The notes under the pieces were generated by a model. That model had not been told where the DNA came from. It made no database searches and saw only the letters and a list, made by a program, of their open reading frames with translations. Below are positions 50,353 to 61,795 of a stretch of DNA of 64,000 bases, piece by piece. The position numbers and the translations under genes were made by a program. Each line of letters begins with the position of its first letter. Position 1 is the first letter of the stretch. This stretch comes from Antedon mediterranea (Eukaryota > Animalia > Echinodermata): contig NC_092672.1 in NCBI RefSeq assembly GCF_964355755.1, positions 19,667,237 to 19,731,236 on the forward strand. The letters run 5' to 3'.

Positions 50353-51437
50353 GGGTGTCACGAAAGCTCAGACCACGAAAGCTCAGACCCCCTAAGACCT
50401 AAGATCACGAAAGCTAAGACCCAACACCTAAGATTACAAATACTAAGATATACTACAGCTTAAAAACAATGCTTGTTTATCCATACATAATTTTAAACAC
50501 AGTAGGTTTCATTTATTACCATAAATATAATTTAATACTACCGCAAAACATAGATAAACTCACATTATTTTCGCCCGTTGAGTAAATGTATATTTTTTCT
50601 TTACAACAAACAAACTTGACGGGTTGTTTGTTGGTATATATTTACTCCATTGTGTTGGTTCAGAGGATGTTTTTCTTACGCACCTGCCTTTCTTGTATTT
50701 TGACTCCAAATTTGTTGACTAACTTTATCCTGAACACCACACTTTAAAATTAGGACTTATAAGTACTTTCAGAAGGAGAAACACATAATAACAAATAAAT
50801 AAATCCTTTAAATTGATGATTTTACAGATGTGTTTCTTTGTATACTGTAATGACAATGTAACTCCTCGAGCTCCCCATGCTCAATGTTTTTGTTTCTATG
50901 GAGCGCCAAAAGAGCAACAATAATAGTACAAGTATAAAAACAGAAAGAAAACGAAACAAAAAACTTATCATGATTTTTAAATTAAAATTTATTTGCCAGT
51001 ATTTATTTCTTCGTACTTGCATGATTATACTATTATCATTACAATTTTAATTTTACATTGTTCCATCCACACTGTAGATGGACTCCACAGAGTTTTCAGC
51101 CCTCTATATAATTTTTGCTCTTTTGACGTTCCATAGAAACAAAAACATTGAACATGGCCCATGGGGTAGGCCTACTGTACTGTAGGCTAGTCATTTTGTG
51201 TGCGAGAAAAACGTCTGTAAAATCATCAATTTAAAAATGTATTTGTTACTTTTTATGTGATTCTTTTTCATGAAAGTGCCAATTCTAAGGTGTGGTATTC
51301 AGAATAAATGTTGGGAGTTAAAATACAAGGCAGGTGCGAAAGATAAATATTTGTAATCTTAGGTGTTGGGTCTTAGCTTTCGTGATCTTAGGTCTTAGGG
51401 GGTCTGGGCTTTCGTGGTCTGAGCTTTCGTGACACCC
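50353..51437. mobile_element. Foldback MITE with 10-bp TSD (MULE-like)
   Basis: About 90-bp near-perfect TIR GGGTGTCACGAAAGCTCAGACC...; TSD ggtatttgta; further imperfect inverted similarity through most of the element. Confidence 0.9.
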
Positions 51438-52789
51438 GGTATTTGTATCATGAACACATTCTCTACGTTACCAAACTGTTCCAAGCCAAACACACACCAT
51501 TTAACAAACGACTGACACAAAAAATCTATGAGCGTAGTCAGCCTAGACGAGTACTAAGTCTTACCATTTGCCTCTTTTTTCATTTAAGGTAAAGATTAAT
51601 AAGATAATAAATTAGTAACTTCTATCATAATTAATTATGGAAAACTACAGGGATATTGTAAATTAGAAATGTGAAGTATGAATATATTCACTGTGATGTA
51701 ACACATACACATCTATCAGGCACACACTGCAGAATAAGAGTAATTTTCAGAATAATCATAATAATTAATAGGTCTTGATAGTAGAGTAGAGGGAGGCCAT
51801 TGCCCCTGTATCCGCCCTCTGTTGATCTTGCATTCACCTGCATCATGGTTTTTCAAGGTTAAACAAACTTCCTGTTGAAATACTGACTGTTCTATTTAAC
51901 TCAGTTCAACCTTGTTTTAACAATAGTCAATCTTTCAATTCATGACATTTTCTCACTACAACTCAAACATTCATTATTTGCATACTAATAAATTGCATTA
52001 GTGCCAAGCCATAATAACATCAATTTCCATAGACAGCTGCCAATACTGTAAACTATTTTATTTTGCAGGTTCCTAACTGGGCAGCAGTGCCTCTTGTGGT
52101 TGTTACCTTACCACAAAGGCAGAAATAGCAAAGCATTGAAGAAGACTGCTCATAAAAGTGCGCCAAGGAAATGTCAGACAACATAGTACGGTATGTTTTT
52201 GCTATAGGCCTACAGTATACAGTACAGATAATAAATACTGCAACATTTGGACGCGTAGACTACGTTTCGTACGCGTGGCCACTTCGTAGGTTTCGCATGG
52301 CGTAATCTACGCAAGCTAACATGCTACGCGTAGTCTACGCGTAGCCTACGAAGGGAGAGCTAGGAGGGGAAATCCCAATGTTCAGATTATTGTGTACTGT
52401 GCTACATGCACCACACGGAATTAGTTAACGAATTTGAATACTAGTTTTCATCAAATTTAAAATGCGAGTTAATTACTGTGAAGTAATAATAAATGTATTA
52501 ATATTAGTATTAATTACTTTCTTTCTTTCTTTCTTTATTTACCCATAAATATAAATGATAAACATTGTAATATACAAATAATAATAATTATATCAAGGGA
52601 AGGGCTAAAAAATAGTTAAAACTAATCAAGTTCAGCCCCTAAACATTGAAATATAAATAGTTATATAAATAAATTAGGGCTACTTGTCTAAAATAAAATT
52701 AATATACATTAACATTTTTTTTTTTTTTTTAAATACACTTTCTCTCAAATATATACAATATAATTCTCTTATAAAATAAATAAATATCA

Positions 52790-55750
52790 CTATACAAACA
52801 AATAGTATGTTTTCATTTCTTTTTTGAATTTGCTTTTTGTTAGAAACCTTAAATCATCCGGGATTTCATTCCAGAGCTTTGCACCAGAATACTTGATGGA
52901 ATGTTGTCCTATGTTTGTTCTATATTTTGGTACATACAACTTTTCTCTAGTCTGAGACCTTGATGAATAACGAAAATTAATATACAAAAAATATTTAGGA
53001 GTTGTATCTGGAAATTTACCATGTAAACTATCATGAACAAATAAAGTAATTAAATACTGATGCTGCTGATAAATATTTAAAATTTTAAGTTCTTTGAATA
53101 ATAATGATGTTGGTGCTAGTCTATCAGAATAAGTCAATGTGCGTATAATACGTTTTTGTGTTAAATATACTGGTTTTAAATGAGTTTTATAAGTGTTACC
53201 CCAAGCTTCTAATGCAAATGAAATATGAGGCAAAATAAAACAATTATATAAAAGCACCAAAATTGATTGGGGTACAACATATTTAAGTTTGTACAATAAA
53301 CCAGCCTTAGAACTAATAATTTTATTAACCTTATTAGAATGCACTTTCCATGTAAGTCTATTATCTATATCTACCCCAATGTAAGTTGTAGCTTCAACTT
53401 CATCTAATTTTGATTCCTTTATGTATATATCCCCCTTTACTTCAATTATTGTATGCTGATTACGAAATATAATATAATTTGTCTTTTTAGAATTAATTGT
53501 CAACTTATTAACATCACACCAATCTACTATATGTTTCAACTGCTCATTTACATTTGTTAGGTCAACAATTTCATGTGGATTAAAAGAACAAAATAAACTA
53601 GTATCATCTGCAAATAATCGTGTATCAAAAAAGTCAGAAGAGTTTACAATATCATTTACATAAATAAGAAACAATGTAGGTCCTAAGACCGACCCTTGTG
53701 GTACTCCACAAGTTATTGAATTCTCATTAGACTCTATTCCATTTACACTGATACATTGCTTCCTATTATATAAATAATTTTTAAATAAAGCTAATGGCAA
53801 CCCTCTTATCCCATATGCACTTAACTTATCCAGTAGTATTTGATGATTGACTGTATCGAATGCTTTCTTTAGATCTAAAAATATTCCAACAACTATGTTT
53901 CCCTTATCTAATTTCTCAGACAAATTTTGTACTAACTCAATAATAGCAAGTTTTGTGCTGTACCCTTCTCTAAATCCATACTGTTGATGATATAATAAAT
54001 CAAATTTACTTAAATAACATAAAAGTTGCTTATTTATAATTTTCTCAAATACTTTACTAAATTGTGGCAATACAGATATTGGTCTGTAATTCCCTGGATC
54101 TGATGGCAGACCCTTTTTAAATAATGGAAATACCTTTGCTTTTTTTAAGTCATCAGGGAAGATCCCTGTAGATAGTGACAAATTAATTATATACGTAAAA
54201 GGTCTAGATATATAATCTGCTGCATATATAATTAATTTAGGATTAATTTGGTCCAAGCCTACAGCTTTATTCTTATCTAAACCCTTTAAGATATCATTTA
54301 CTTCTTCATCAACAACATAATTGAAAAATAATGAATTCTGGGGTACAGTTGATAAATATATATTATGATTTACATTTGTGTTATCAATACATTCTTCTGC
54401 AAGATTTTTTCCAATTGAAACAAAATAATCGTTAAAACCATTAATTATTGCTGTTTGATTAGTTTCTATATTAACATTGCCATCACATGATTTAATTTCT
54501 AATTTATTAGGTAATTTCATTTTCTTCTTACCTCTTCCTAAAATATCATTAATAATTTCCCATATTTTATTTGTGTTACCACACTTTTCTTCAAATTGAT
54601 CTGAGTAATATTTCTGTTTTGCTGTTCTTAAGGTGTTTGTAAGACAATTTCGATATCGTTTATACTTTGCTAACATATCTACATTGTAATTACTTTTTAT
54701 TACCTTTGAAAATAACCTATGTTTATGCTTAATTGATTTTTTTATACTAGAATTAATCCATGGTTTCTTTAGTTTCTTTCTTGGGTTAACAGTTTTTAAA
54801 ACTAATGGTGCATGTTTATTACAAACTTCTAGAAATAACCTTTTAAACTCTGTGTAAGCAGAATTTACCTCTTGACTATCAAATACTTCAGACCAATTTA
54901 CATTCATAAGATCATGTTGGAAGTGTTGGATATTAAACTTGGAAAATTTTCTAAATTTGATTTGATCAGTCTGTTGGAAGTAGTCATTAAAGTTCTCTAA
55001 CATACAAAAAGTAGCCAAATGGTCTGATATATCTAATTCTATGGTTCCTGAAGTTAAAAATCTAGAATGGATATTTGTATATACATGATCAATTGTTGTT
55101 CTTGAACTACTGGTTATTCGTGTATATACATTAATAAGTTGTATAAAGTTTAAGCAAGACAAGCTATTTTTTAGACTTAAAGCATCTGCAGCATTTAAAT
55201 TACTGGCATTAATATTAAAATCCCCAATTAATATGCATTCAGTACCTTGTTGTTTAATATTTGCAAGTGACAATTCTAGGCTTTCAATAAATTCCTCAAC
55301 GTTTGTATTTGGTTGCCTATATAAAACTCCAACTATGAGGGATTTATTTTGACCAACATCTATTTCCAGCCATAAAGACTCAGAATGATGTACATTATAA
55401 TCAATAGCCGTATAATTAATTGAATCATGTATGTACGCTCCTACTCCACCTCCTCTTTGATTAATACGACATTTAGTTTCCAACGAGTAATTATTCATTT
55501 TAAACAAATCCTTGTTTGTAACTTGCCACACTTCCGACAAGGCTATAATTTTAAATTTACTTTGAACCAATTCCTCATAAAATAATTTAAATTCTTCAAA
55601 GTTCTTGTTAAGCGATCTAATATTAATGTGAGATACTGAAAACACTGATTGAGATTTATTATCAAAAAAATTACAAAATTCAGATGACGAATATGTCTTA
55701 CAGCTATTATGTAATTGATAATCTAGATTTTGGTTAGCCATTAAAACCAT
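52790..55750 (-). CDS. LINE ORF2: APE endonuclease + reverse transcriptase (986 aa, uninterrupted)
   Basis: HINIRSL, ALSEVW, GDFN, IDH, SDH; NYRPIS, QYGFR, FLDLKKAFD, GVPQGSVLGP, LFADD. Confidence 0.96.
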   Translation of the reverse strand: MVLMANQNLDYQLHNSCKTYSSSEFCNFFDNKSQSVFSVSHINIRSLNKNFEEFKLFYEELVQSKFKIIALSEVWQVTNKDLFKMNNYSLETKCRINQRGGGVGAYIHDSINYTAIDYNVHHSESLWLEIDVGQNKSLIVGVLYRQPNTNVEEFIESLELSLANIKQQGTECILIGDFNINASNLNAADALSLKNSLSCLNFIQLINVYTRITSSSRTTIDHVYTNIHSRFLTSGTIELDISDHLATFCMLENFNDYFQQTDQIKFRKFSKFNIQHFQHDLMNVNWSEVFDSQEVNSAYTEFKRLFLEVCNKHAPLVLKTVNPRKKLKKPWINSSIKKSIKHKHRLFSKVIKSNYNVDMLAKYKRYRNCLTNTLRTAKQKYYSDQFEEKCGNTNKIWEIINDILGRGKKKMKLPNKLEIKSCDGNVNIETNQTAIINGFNDYFVSIGKNLAEECIDNTNVNHNIYLSTVPQNSLFFNYVVDEEVNDILKGLDKNKAVGLDQINPKLIIYAADYISRPFTYIINLSLSTGIFPDDLKKAKVFPLFKKGLPSDPGNYRPISVLPQFSKVFEKIINKQLLCYLSKFDLLYHQQYGFREGYSTKLAIIELVQNLSEKLDKGNIVVGIFLDLKKAFDTVNHQILLDKLSAYGIRGLPLALFKNYLYNRKQCISVNGIESNENSITCGVPQGSVLGPTLFLIYVNDIVNSSDFFDTRLFADDTSLFCSFNPHEIVDLTNVNEQLKHIVDWCDVNKLTINSKKTNYIIFRNQHTIIEVKGDIYIKESKLDEVEATTYIGVDIDNRLTWKVHSNKVNKIISSKAGLLYKLKYVVPQSILVLLYNCFILPHISFALEAWGNTYKTHLKPVYLTQKRIIRTLTYSDRLAPTSLLFKELKILNIYQQHQYLITLFVHDSLHGKFPDTTPKYFLYINFRYSSRSQTREKLYVPKYRTNIGQHSIKYSGAKLWNEIPDDLRFLTKSKFKKEMKTYYLFV

Positions 55751-55789
55751 ATAAATAAATATTTAAGTACAGAAAAACTATTAGCATTA

Positions 55790-56596
55790 TTATACAATTT
55801 TACCAATATCATCTTCACTATTAATAACAATCAACATTGAACCCTGTTGTTTGCGTACATAGATGCGCCCATTGTATGTCCACAAATACTTATAGTTCTT
55901 TGTCTTCCTTATATCGTTTATTTTTCCCATAAGACTACGTTTCTTTTGAGTTAAGTTTTCATTAACATATATGTGGTTTTTACCTGTGTATCCAAGCATA
56001 TCAGTAGTTGTATTCCTAATCTTTTTCCTGTCATTATATACTTGATCACGCTTCTTTCTGCTGCAAAATTTGACAATTATTGGTCTGTCTATTCTATCTC
56101 GATTACCAATCCTATGTGACGCCTCGATGTCCTCTTTTTTTATACTACTGTCGATTTCCTTTAGAACTTTCAGTGCAATATCTTCAGTATTTTCATTTGC
56201 AATTTGTGATATACCTCTTATTTCAATATTCTCTCGTCTGCTATACTGATTCTGTTCATCCTGCTCTTTCTCTAATTTCTCCACTCTTCTCGTAAGATCT
56301 TCGTTATCTTCTTTCAGTTGTTTATTTTCTTGCTCAATGCTTTTCATCTTAACACAGTTTTCTTCAATTAGTTTGTTAAAGAATTCCATGGACGATTTGA
56401 TTTCCCTCATATTTTCTAAGAGACTGGGTATAAACTTGACTTGGTCTTTTATATCAGATAGTTGTTTCAAAACTGCATCTGTTGGAACATCATCTGCCGA
56501 GTCTTCATCTCCAACTATTTCCTTTTCCTTTAACGGTCTTAGGTCTAGGCATCCTTGTTTGTTGTATAGCCTATTCCCACGTGTACTCTTGCTCAC
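55790..56596 (-). CDS. LINE ORF1: coiled coil + RRM + CTD
   Basis: LE.E.DEQNQYSRRENIEIRGI, IEASHRIG, RPIIVKF, IYVNENLT, YKYLWT.NGRIYVRK; frame begins at GTG. Confidence 0.9.
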   Translation of the reverse strand: MSKSTRGNRLYNKQGCLDLRPLKEKEIVGDEDSADDVPTDAVLKQLSDIKDQVKFIPSLLENMREIKSSMEFFNKLIEENCVKMKSIEQENKQLKEDNEDLTRRVEKLEKEQDEQNQYSRRENIEIRGISQIANENTEDIALKVLKEIDSSIKKEDIEASHRIGNRDRIDRPIIVKFCSRKKRDQVYNDRKKIRNTTTDMLGYTGKNHIYVNENLTQKKRSLMGKINDIRKTKNYKYLWTYNGRIYVRKQQGSMLIVINSEDDIGKIV

Positions 56597-59142
56597 CTCA
56601 CTCAGCTAGTCACTAGAGTGAACACTGCCTGGCTAGGTAGCTTCCGGTTTGTGGCCTACCTAGGCCTAGCTTTTGGATAACGTGTTAACATCAGATTCAA
56701 ACCAAACCAGGTGCTAATTTTACAGAATCCCAACATAAATAAGATATAAATGACACTTAACCACAAATTCTGTTTATAAAATAATTAAAACCGGATAATT
56801 TTGGAGCCCTTGAGAGAGCAAAATCCTAAATATCCACATGGTCCAAAACGCCCTCTGTTCCAAATTACTGTGTGTTGGTTGTGTTAAAATGGGACATTTA
56901 TTTTTATGAAAGAAGAACAAGTATAGTACATCTATCACCGATCGGCCAACGTACGGACGGACGGCGGTCGTCGTCTGTTTGTGTGAAATGGCCTCCGGCT
57001 AGGCCTAGCTAGCTTGCTAAAAAGGTAGGGTTACCGGCGTACCTACCGACAGTTTAATTTTAAAATATGTGGTACGCCTATAGTACTTATAGGCCTACTT
57101 AGTAGTAGTACTGTATGATAATCCATACTGTGTACAAGCGTTAAATACGATGTACATGGCGTGAAAATGTGAAATAATGTGGTATAGCCTAGCTAGGTGA
57201 CAGAAGGATATTTTCTCGATACGACAGTTTTCGCCGTGAAGCTGCTGTTTACCCACGTGTGTGTATCGCGCAGTACCACTCTACAGTCTGAACTATGTTT
57301 GTTTACTAATACTAGGCTATAATAATGAACGATGTTTCGTTTTAAAATTGCGTTTAAATGAAATATTACGCTTATTTAGTACTACTGTATGGGATAATAT
57401 GAATTGTTTAAATACTGTAAATGTCAAAATAATAGAATACAAATACGATATTATTTTTGTTCCAACGGAAATCGAGACGGATCACTCCATTTGTAATTCA
57501 TTCGCCCAGTGTGTTTATATCCACGTGTTTATGATCCGCGGATGGATACTCTCTCTGAACTGTACTTTTATGTTTTGCTTTTAACCTTCAATTTAGTGAA
57601 GTTCAACTTTTATTAAATAAAGTCTTGCATATTTCCTAACCCTAAAATTTATTTTTATTTATAACTAAAATAACATTTATTTAAATACTATCTAATTTAT
57701 TATCGCGCATGACTAAAAAAAAACCAAAACAACAAGATCAGGCAAGCACATGTTATGCATGGAGGTATTATACCATGTGTTATGTGTCCTCCGATCCTCC
57801 TCCTCTCTGCTGATGACGATGTTCTGAACAACCTGTAACTTGACCCTCCACCAATCCTCTGCTGCAGGTTGTTACAATAGCTAATAATGGAGTTTGATGT
57901 ACAGTTACGACAGTTTCAAACCTGGATATTTTTTGTTCAAATGAAACATACTGAGTACTGTATTAATTACTTATAAAAAATTAACTTCCAATTTTAGGCC
58001 TACTACTAATACTATTGCTATGGAAGGTAGTCATAATAACGGCCCGTCATCAATTCATTTTGTACACTACTGCCTGGCCGGCGATGGTGAATGTACAGCA
58101 GTAGCCTAGGCTAGGCCTAGTTAATTAGACTTTTCGCGTCTAGCCTAGGCTTTGAGCAATTTTAAATGCTATTTTCTTTAGAAAAATTTGAATTTCAAGT
58201 ATGTTTAATAATGATGATGATATTATTGTATTGGCGAAACAATCGTATCATTTCTATTTATTTGAACCTTTCGTAGCCTGCTTAGCCGTCGACGATGTAC
58301 TTGTACACAGTTGAGTTTGGGGAATTCCCACACACAGTTGATCACAACGTAGGCTACGAATGCTACGCGTAGCCTACGCACTACGAATGCTACGCCACGC
58401 AACCGCTACGCACCCGCCACGCGTAGACTACGTTACCTACGCGTGGCAAATGTTGCAGTAGTTTTTATCTGTACTGTAGCAATGATTTTCTATTGAAACT
58501 TGTTTTAATGATACTTGTATGATTGATATTATGTCTATTAACAACTTCTTGTGTTTTGTACTACAATTCCAAAGGAAATCAGAGTTTTGTAAATGAATTG
58601 TAAGAATTCTAAAGTGAAATTCAATAGAATACTTGTGTATTGTGCTTCTATATTTAATAAGTGCATAGACCGTGGACAAGTTTTTGTGATATCAAAGTCA
58701 GGTACTATTCATTGTGAATACTATAATAGAAATATACTCTAAAGAGTAGACAGTTGGTGCTATGAATTGATTGAATTCAGACAACTAGATCGTCAGTCCA
58801 GTTATTGTGAATTACCAGATTATTCCAGTTTATAATATGCAATAATAATGTAAGTTTGCAATGTAGATGTGAAGTACAGTAAGAAATACAGGATATTGCT
58901 AGTTTTTAGATCAATTTTATAAATTTGATTTATATTATTTTATAATTTTGATTATTATGAGTTTTAAGGAAGAAGGAAGCTGAAATGTTTGGATACAAGA
59001 GATAAAAGTTAGTGTTTATAATGTTTAAAGATTTAACATTAAATTTACATTTTGTGTTTATTTTTGGTCATGATTGACAGTTGTGTTAAATTCAGACAAT
59101 GCTAGCTAATAGAAACAAGTGTTGTTAATGGCAGCATAGAAA

Positions 59143-59679
59143 AACAGAAAGCCTAAAGAGAAAATGATCACCAGTATGTAGATTAACAACAGAAAGCCTA
59201 AAGAGAAAATGATCACCAGTATGTAGATTAACAACAGAAAGCCTAAAGAGAAAATGATCACCAGTATGTAGATTAACAACAGAAAGCCTAAATAGAAAAT
59301 GATCACCAGTATGTAGATTAACAACAGAAAGCCTAAAGAGAAAATGATCACCAGTATGTAGATTAACAACAGAAAGCCTAAAGAGAAAATGATCACCAGT
59401 ATGTAGATTAACAACAGAAAGCCTAAAGAGAAAATGATCACCAGTATGTAGATTAACAACAGAAAGTCTAAAGAGAAAATGATCACCAGTATGTAGATTA
59501 ACAACAGAAAGCCTAAAGAGAAAATGATCACCAGTATGTAGATTAACAACAGAACGCCTAAAGAGAAAATGATCACTAGTATGTAGATTAACAACAGAAA
59601 GCCTAAAGAGAAAATGATCACCAGTATGTAGATTAACAACAGAAAGCCTAAAGAGAAAATGATCACCAGTATGTAGATT
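59143..59679. repeat. 45-bp minisatellite, 12 copies
   Basis: aacagaaagcctaaagagaaaatgatcaccagtatgtagattaac. Confidence 0.96.
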
Positions 59680-59949
59680 TAGGAGAACACTTTAATATAG
59701 TTTAACTCTATTCCCTTTACATAACATGTTTGATAGCCTGATAATTTTAGTAGACTTCTTAGTCAATGTAGAGATGTTATCTTTTAAGCTGCTTGATCGG
59801 TTCTGTAGGTCTGTCAATCTTTTAAACATTTAACATGTTAGATCTGATCAATTGATTTCTGTAGGTCTGTCAAGTGTCAGTCTTTTAAACAAATAACAGG
59901 TTAGATCTGATATCAATTGATTTCTGTAGGTCTGTTAGTCTTTAAAACA

Positions 59950-60126
59950 TTTCATTTTATTTTCAATTTCATTTAATTTTTACCCATGAATATAAATTAT
60001 AAACATTGTAACAATACATACAAATTATAATAATTATATCAAGGGAGGGGCTAAAAATTAGTTAAAACTAATCAAGTTTAGCCCCTAAACATTGAAATAT
60101 AAATAATTATATAAATAAATTAGGGT
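59950..60126 (-). mobile_element. Short 3'-UTR copy of the LINE family at 52519-56862
   Basis: 59982-60125 aligns to 52541-52679; absent from the paralogous B' segment. Confidence 0.85.
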
Positions 60127-60642
60127 TATATCTAGTATACCAATTTATTCCTGTAGGTCTGTCAGTCTTTTAAACAGGTAACAGGTTAGATCTAGTATAC
60201 CAACAGACCTACAGAAATTGGTATACTAGATCTAATGTGTTAAATGTTTTATTATTTTTTTCTGTCTAAACTTGCAGTCCTGTAGTTACCATACTGAAAA
60301 TTTTCCTAAAATGCAAACCATTGTTAATTTTATATAAAATTATTCTTGAATTGAATTGAATTGAATTAAATTAAAATACTATTTATTTTTGTTTTGCCTA
60401 AAATAGCAATTAAAAAAATTGAGCTTGTTTCCCTCTAGTGCATTGTAGTTCATATTAAAGCAAGAAATACTACCCTCACTATTATCAGATCAATTTATTT
60501 ACAAATTTGTAATTTACAGTGTAAAGTAGTATGGAAGGCTTCAATGGGCAGGTTTGAAAATAAACACTGAAATACTGTTTGGAACAGAGTGCAAACCATT
60601 TTTGTAAATGTAAAAATGACACAATTGTGGGAAGGGGGTTAA

Positions 60643-61009
60643 AGGCCCATTTACACTATAGGGCAATAACAATTTACAATAAAAAGATAAATATGCATTT
60701 TTATTTTCAAAAAGAAAAGAATTTAAAAAAGTTTTCATCCTAGAACTGGATTATCATCTATGCTGCCTCTAATGAAAACAATATTTCCACACGTCCAATC
60801 AAATGACGTCATGATTTAATAGTAAGAGCAATAACATCGGGACAATACAATAATTTTATTGTTTTTATTGATTATGATGTAATTTGATTAGATTTAAAAA
60901 AAATACTTTTTTTATCAGATACAGCATAAATTATTATCCTATAGTTCTAGAACGAAAACTAATGTATCTATTTATCGTCGATCTTTATCGCCCTAGTGTA
61001 AATGGGCCT
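60643..61009. mobile_element. PIF/Harbinger-type MITE
   Basis: TIR AGGCCCATTTACACTA / TAGTGTAAATGGGCCT, TSD TAA; empty site (gttaaga) in paralogous segment near 62127. Confidence 0.88.
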
Positions 61010-61759
61010 TAAGAGTATAGGAGGGGCATGTGCTTTCACCCCTAATTAGGAATGTCAGAGCCTAAAATCTGGGCAGTCTCTAGGCTTTCTTGTTTTTTTT
61101 ACCTAGTCACCATGCATTTACGAAGCCAATTATAATTTGAAAGGAAATTCTAAATAATTGACCGAAAAGTATGAGTCAAATGTAAACTTGTCATATTAAA
61201 CATTTTTTGAACGGCAACCTGATAAGTTTAGTAGACTTCTTAGTCAGTTTAAAGAATGCATGGCCTACTGTATTTTTTAAGCTGCTTGGTCGGTTCTATA
61301 GGTCTGTCAGTCTTTGAAACATTTAACATTTTAGATTTAATATACCAATGTATTCCTGTAAGTCTGTCAGTCTTTTAAACATGTAACAGGTTAGATCTAG
61401 TATACCAACAGACCTACAGAAATCAATTGGTATACTAGATCTAATGTGTTAATTAAATGTTTTATTATTTTTTCTGTCTTAAATTTCAGTCCTGTAGTTA
61501 CCATACTGAGAATTTTTCTCAAATGTGTAGTAATTAGATTAAAATACTTTTTTTTTGTTGCCTAAAATAGCAATTATTTGCTAATAAAAACTGAGCTGAG
61601 CTCTAGTACTTTTTAGGGGTTTCATAGAAATTTAATAACAAAATTCTAAAGGAAATTCCACAGAGTATTGTGAATTGTACATCAACAAAAAGAAGTGCAT
61701 AGACCGTGCAAAAGCTATTGTGACATCATAGCTAAAGTCAATAAGCATATTATGTGAAT

Positions 61760-61795
61760 CATAGAGATATTATAGTTCACTATAATATCTCTATG
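61760..61795. mobile_element. 36-bp palindromic micro-MITE with 7-bp TSD (P-superfamily-like ends)
   Basis: CATAGAGATATTATAG-ttca-CTATAATATCTCTATG flanked by tgtgaat; single tgtgaat in paralogous segment A near 58713. Confidence 0.8.

Larger units (their letters stand above)
52519..56862 (-). mobile_element. Full-length CR1/L2-group (Crack-like) LINE
   Basis: 5' UTR, ORF1, ORF2, 3' UTR, (GAAA)n tail at 52519-52536; possible TSD aattact (52512, 56863). Confidence 0.92.
52220..58476. mobile_element. Non-autonomous TA-flanked DNA element (Tc1/pogo-like ends) interrupted by a LINE
   Basis: TA|CAGTACAGATAATAAATACTGCAACATTTG ... CAAATGTTGCAGTAGTTTTTATCTGTACTG|TA, with subterminal ctacgcgtag motifs at both ends. 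Confidence 0.78.

Noticed and set aside
59106-59666. 186-aa hydrophobic repeat ORF as a membrane protein
   Set aside because: By-product of a stop-free 45-bp minisatellite.
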